Positions 57,352-64,000 of a stretch of DNA of 64,000 nt are shown piece by piece. The notes below the pieces were generated by a model. The model did no database searches. It was not told where the DNA came from and worked only from the letters and a program-made list of their open reading frames with translations. Numbering within the stretch: position 1 is the first letter of the stretch; the number at the start of each line of letters is the position of its first letter. The stretch spans positions 4,648,159 to 4,712,158 of the forward strand of contig CAVNZM010000010.1 in the NCBI GenBank assembly GCA_963693365.1, given 5' to 3'. The position numbers were made by a program, and so were the translations under genes. The stretch is from Amoebidium appalachense. Taxonomy: Eukaryota > Protista > Ichthyosporea.

Positions 57352-58437
57352 AAAGTTCAAGTGAATAAGGAACTGTTACATAGCGGTAAGTTTAGACTGT
57401 GCCGACAACGGTTTTTAAAAACGATGCTGCTGTAAAAGATTCCTTCTAAATTCGCTTATAATCCTTCCACACTTTTATCACTTCATATTTCTTTCGTTTT
57501 CTAACTACGCTGGTGGTGGTGACTGGGTGGTGCTGTATGATTTGTGACTTTGTTCTTGTCTGCGTATGGAGGGCAAGGGGAGAGAGAGGGGGAGGAGGGG
57601 GGGGGGGGGGGGGGAAGAGACGGAGGGTGGGTGGGGGGGGGTTGGGGGGGGGGAGAAGGGGAGGAGGGGAGAGGGGAAAGAGGGGGGGGGGGGAGAAGAA
57701 GAGAGAGAGAGAGAGAGGAGAGAGGGTGGGGGAGAGGGGGGAGGAGAAGGGGATGGAAGGTGGAAGGGGAAGGGGGGCCAGCCTCACCGAGTAGAGCCAT
57801 GCAGTCGTTCATGAGTCCATCTTCTGCCTCGTCTGACCGGCTAAGACAAAAAATCACAGTGTTGTCAGATTGTAGGCTATGCATTGTCAAAAATTAAGGA
57901 AAGTTAAACAGTAACGTGGCATATTTGCTAATATTAGTCGGACCAGTACCGCGTAATGCAGAAACGCATTGGCACCTGTACCCCGTTCATAAGCCCAGAT
58001 GGAGCAACTGGGAGATGGAAGAATCCCGTGCATACGTGCAATAGACAAAAGATGGGTATACAAGACACTGTTCTCTGACTTTTTTCTTTCTCCCTATTGT
58101 TTTTCCTGCCTCTTTTTTCCGCCTTTCTCTCTTTCTTTCCTTTTTTTTCTTTTTTTTTTTTTTTTGTGGGTGGGGAGGGGGGGGGGGGGGGGGGGGGGGG
58201 AGGGGGGGGGGCAGGGGGGAAGACGCCTGTACACCAAAAGCATTTGTGACCGAAAGACCCTATGGGCACATGCCGAAAACGAGAATTATGAAGGACACAG
58301 CTGTCATCTCATTTCCAAGCTGCCCCTTCTTTTCTTTCCTTGTTTTCTTTTCTCTTTCCTTCATTCATTTTCCCCTTCTTCTCAAAGCCGTTATTTCCTG
58401 TGTGTGTACGGTGTGTGTGTGTGTGGGAAGGGAGGGG

Positions 58438-58484
<47 letters not shown>

Positions 58485-59067
58485 TTTCACCTGAACACGT
58501 TCTTCCACTCAGCCAATACGGTCTTGACCTGCTCCTCAAGCTCTGTGCACGTGTTCGTTTGTTCATGTTGATCAGTGATTTCCGATGATATTTGTATGTT
58601 CAACGATATTTTATAGCCTTCAAGTTAGTCAGCTATGTATCATTAGCTCCATCTTACAAGTTCTTTACCTTGTAGCTTACTAACCAACAGCAGCATGCAC
58701 GTTCCCGTTGCCATTATCGCAGTCACTTAACCCCCTCCCCCCCCCCCCCCCCCCCCCCCCCCAACTCCTTTCCCCCGCCCCGCCCCAGCCAAGCTATCAT
58801 CCTCACGACCTTAACTCAAAAACTTTTGAACGACTAGTTATATCCTCCGGCGTCACCCCCATCCTCGCACCCAAAAAAGTCAATCTATAAAGCCCGCACA
58901 CTGGCCTCAGAACATAAGTTCTGCATCGGAAAGCGCATGAGTGTAGCCAATCACAGGGCTAAGGGGAGAAGGTTGTCGTGCTTGGCCCAAACTGGAATCG
59001 ACTTGAAAGCAAGTTAATTACCTCCAAAGACTTGGGCAAGAGGTCGGGTGTCTGGTGTTGTGTCCAT
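55806..59067 (-). CDS. Small alpha-helical hypothetical protein (~135 aa), 5 exons; weak TEX12-like pattern
   Basis: Exons 59067-59022, 58542-58491, 57840-57788 and 57042-56933 join in phase (1,2,1,0) with GT-AG ends: MDTTPDTRPLAQVFGELEEQVKTVLAEWKNVFSRSDEAEDGLMNDCMALLGAVKAVAEEECADVAKIQEHCHFFSQFLSATAAMPAK. The last exon 55952-55806 (APEEASNTFF...TKL*) is tentative. Not in the ORF track as a unit. Confidence 0.68.
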
Positions 59068-59331
59068 GTTGACTTCAGCTCCAGTAATAGCTGTGTGGTG
59101 AAAAGTGTCGTGTATGGGGCCAAATTAGAGTGAGATCCTGAGAGTTTCAGAAAAGCTTGTTTTTCTGGTTAAACTTCATTTCTGGTTAAACTATAAATGA
59201 AGAACTACAATTGATTCAGTGTGGGCTAGTAGAGTTTCAGTTGTGCTTTTTTGAAGGAAAAACTTGCTATTGACAGAATGGAGAAGTAAGCCAAAGATAT
59301 TAGCAGGAGAAAGCAAAGAAAGTTGTGTGGG

Positions 59332-59453
<122 letters not shown>

Positions 59454-60436
59454 TGCGCGCACACACGCGTGTGTGTGAGCATTCGCATCAACGGCTACGC
59501 AAGTGACTGCAAGCATGTGTTTCACAACGGAAAACAACCTCCAGTTGTCATGTCGGGGACGGAAGAAGCAAACGTGCCCGTTACGTCTGCTGCTGTTGGG
59601 TCCACCTGGAAAGGAAATCCACGAAGGAAGGAAATGCAGAAAGGAAGTACAAGGAGGGAAGAAAAAGAAAATGACCGTGGGTTAGCACAGTGAAAACCCC
59701 CTTCTTACGCCTCAACATCCTTATCTCATAATGTGAGGCCCAACGAATTATGAGGGAGTTGAATTGAGTGACTCAAAACTCATAACCTACCCACCAAAAC
59801 ACGACGGTGTCCGGCAACAAGATAGATACCAAAGAACGGCAAACTTTGAAAAGAAGAAAATACCTACATAACAAGTGGGCACAGCACGAGAAAGAAAATG
59901 GATTTTTTTTTTTTTTAGTGTATTAACTTCTTTGCCCTACTTGAGGGCCATCAGAACGGTGCAGACTTAAGCTCCTTGAAGACTTTCCTGAAAAGTAAAC
60001 CTCCCTGCATGTTTCATGTGTACATTTCAACCGAGGATTACAGCAAAACACACTTACAAACTGGGAGCTCTGTGATTCGGCCATCTTTGACACTATTAGC
60101 AGACCAAAAAGAGAATGTCTTATTCAAAGTCGGTTATATAAAGGACGTCGTTTTTCGCAGTTAGACACTTTCCGAGGTCCGTTTGTTTTTGTGTAATGTT
60201 AGCACAACAACGCCTCCTTCCAACTTTCAAGTCGTGCGCCCTTTCTGTCTTTCTTTCTAAAGTCCTAAACTTTCTTCAATCCCCCTCTTTCTCGCAAGCT
60301 ATACCTCTTTCTCTCTCTTTCTCTTTACATCCTGAAAAAGTAAAACGGAGTTCAAAGGTCCTTGTGTGTGCGCGACTGAGACGAAAGACGACATGAGAAG
60401 TCTTCGCGTCATTTCTCAGGAATGCGGAATCAGAAA

Positions 60437-60461
60437 TTTTGGCGCCAAAAATAAAGATTGG
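60437..60461. promoter_or_regulatory. E2F-type palindrome next to an inverted CCAAT box
   Basis: Perfect 14-bp palindrome TTTTGGCGCCAAAA (60437-60450) followed by GATTGG (60456-60461), between two divergent genes. Motif match only. Confidence 0.4.
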
Positions 60462-61689
60462 CCTTTTATGGGAAATCTCAGGGTTGCAATTAAAAAGTCC
60501 GAAGAGTTCCGAGCCCCGAACATACCTCGCCGAGGCCGGCCACTGCTAGTCTTTGCCAAGGCCTGGGAGGAGGAGTCAACAAACATTCGGCACTTAGCAC
60601 ATTCAAGTTATTCTGTTTGTACTTCTTGTCGTCTTTGCTCTGATGATTTGTAAGGTTACTACCATCGGTACTTGAAATCAGTTGATTCCGAAAGCCTGTG
60701 CGCTGCAAACTGCAGTCCACAACTCGCAAGCCTGATCTGCACATGTGCATTCAACAAGTTGACAGAAACAGCGCAAAATTTTAAATGAGCCCTATAGCTA
60801 TAGATTTTAATTGACACATACAACAGGGAAAGCAGGAAACAAAAAACAAAATGCACATTATTTTTGTTCCTGACCCACCGAATGCATGTGCAGGGGGTGG
60901 ATTCGCTCGCGCCATGGAGAATACATGTTACTAATATTATTATTGGACTGTACTAACTAGGCTCGGTAGACGTGCCGTTATTGCTCGTTCGGCAAGCTTT
61001 TCTCGCTAGTAACCGGTGAAGCTAGCAGCCACCACTCGACAGCTTCTCATGTTGCAGCAGCTTGAATCTTGGACAGTCTAGACAGCTGGCCATTACAACG
61101 ACAAGGCACAAATGAATTTGTGAGCGTAGTCTGCTGAATTCGACATGCTTCAACCGCGAAGTAGTGAGCTTCTCTGAGAGATCGAGTAAAGGGTATGCCG
61201 CTATACTCAAGCTGGTGTGTTTGTGCATGCACACTACATGTACAGTATTTATGGCCATCTTGCATGCCCCAGCCCCGGGACCCTTCAATGGTATCGATTC
61301 GATCGGTTCCCAGAAATTGATCTCAGTTTAGAATAGATGCACAGGCCAGTGTAGAAATTTTGTAATGAAGCACTTGCTGTCAACTACAGAACTACGTTTT
61401 GTTTTTCCCTTGGCCCCAAGCAGCCAAGTGCTCGAAATAGCAGTTGCTACGTGCGCGCAGAAATTGGCATCATCTGAGTCACGATGTGCTGTCGTGGAAT
61501 TCTGTTGCAGGATGCTGTGACCCAAAAGTGACGCGGATTGGTATTTTAAGGTTCATTTGACGTCACTGGCACACTCTCATTGGCGCCCCCACCAGTCACC
61601 AGTATACATTGCGCGACTTTATGGACTGTTCTTAGAGATCAGTTCTGTGCTCATTTGCTCTTTGCTTGAAACAAATGTTACGTGATTCT

Positions 61690-61760
61690 GTTGTCAGACT
61701 AGTTGGTCGTGCAGAGAAGCTGTTGCAGTTGTCAGACTAGTTGGTCGTGCAGAGAAGCTG
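61690..61760. repeat. 38-bp tandem duplication
   Basis: GTTGTCAGACTAGTTGGTCGTGCAGAGAAGCTG occurs twice in tandem. Confidence 0.9.
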
Positions 61761-62043
61761 GTGTGTGCAACAGCTCAGCACAGGCTGAGGTCACTTGAAC
61801 TGTCACGGACAGAGATGAGGCATGAAGACCGAAACAATCACGAGGTTCTATATGTAGATCTCGCTGTGTTGCGCTTTAGTGCTAATTATATTTATAGTGA
61901 AGGCAAAATCACAATTACTCCGTGTGCAGAAATTGGGTCAACTCCGAATAGAGAATAGTGACCATGTTAGTGACGCACTAACACACTCTATCTGAGAAGC
62001 TTTCTTGCATAAGCCGAGGTTTCTCGGTGGTTTAACAAGAATC

Positions 62044-63197
<1,154 letters not shown>

Positions 63198-63204
63198 GTG
63201 AGCT

Positions 63205-63241
<37 letters not shown>

Positions 63242-64000
63242 ACACACACACACCCCACCCCCCCCCCCCTCCCCCCACCCCCCCCCCACCTCCCCCCCGC
63301 CTCCCAGCCCCCCGCCCCTCCCTCTCCCCTCTCTTTGTCGGCCCACTGCCCCCCTGTATGGATATTAGCCTCGATTTTTTTTGGCTCCCCAGTACCTCCC
63401 CCTCCCCCCCCCCCTTTTCACCCAAGGCCTTGCCTTTTTCCCGATGCCAGCCCCCTCCCCGCCCTCCTCCCTTCCTCCTTTTCCCTCTTCCTCTTACCAT
63501 GCCTCCCCCCCTCCCGTCCCCCCTCCCTCCCTTCTCCCCCCCCCCCCCCCCCCCCCCCCCCGCCGCGCACACCCACACACCTTTCTAATGTCTCTCTCTC
63601 CCTCTCGCACTCCCCCTTCCTCTCCTTATCTTCATTTTCCATCCCATGTCTGTCTACAACACAACCGCGAAGGCCCTTTACTTTCGTGCTTTCCCGGGTG
63701 GGGTTGACTTGAGTCACACGAGCATACGAGGGCCTTCCCTCCCCCCCCCCCCCCCCCCTACATCTCGGTCTCACTCCCCCCCCTCTCCATCCTTCCCGTA
63801 CCAGGGCCCTCCCTCCAATTCGTGGGGAGGGGCCTGACGTGTTATTTGGGGTTTCATTGAATCCAAATGAATGTGTTGTGGTTTGTTCAATTGCCTTTGG
63901 TGTCCGATAGGGGGAGGCACATGGGCAAGGGTGTTTAGGCAATAACGTTAACATAACTGTAGGGTTGACAGAGGCCTTCGTGCATCCGTGCACATCAAAA

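Overview
Eukaryotic, intron-rich genomic DNA whose introns and intergenic spaces are full of poly-C/poly-G tracts and (CA)/(TG)/(GA) microsatellites. These repeats generate most of the supplied ORF track as artefact. Manual splicing (GT-AG, reading phase checked) gives seven protein-coding genes. On the minus strand: an intronless sugar-porter (MFS) transporter, a 3-exon single-C2-domain protein, a 6-exon UDP-glucose 4-epimerase (GALE), a 7-exon F-box/LRR protein, and a small helical orphan with a weak, unverified resemblance to synaptonemal-complex TEX12. On the plus strand: a ~27-exon, ~2,800-aa RalGPS-like GEF (N-terminal CDC25 domain without REM, C-terminal PH domain) and the first two exons of a LIM-domain protein running off the window end. 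Three MITE-like inverted-repeat elements, a dispersed ~100-bp repeat carrying an E2F-type site, and several tandem duplications are also present. The RalGPS architecture suggests a holozoan, possibly unicellular (inference only). No rRNA, tRNA or CRISPR array was recognised. The most unusual signals are the intron architecture (poly-C right after donors, (CA)n in place of a polypyrimidine tract, complementary G/GT and C/CA intron ends), frame-independent CCAAT enrichment in giant exons, the greatly expanded RalGPS with an insertion inside its catalytic domain, and the TEX12-like orphan.
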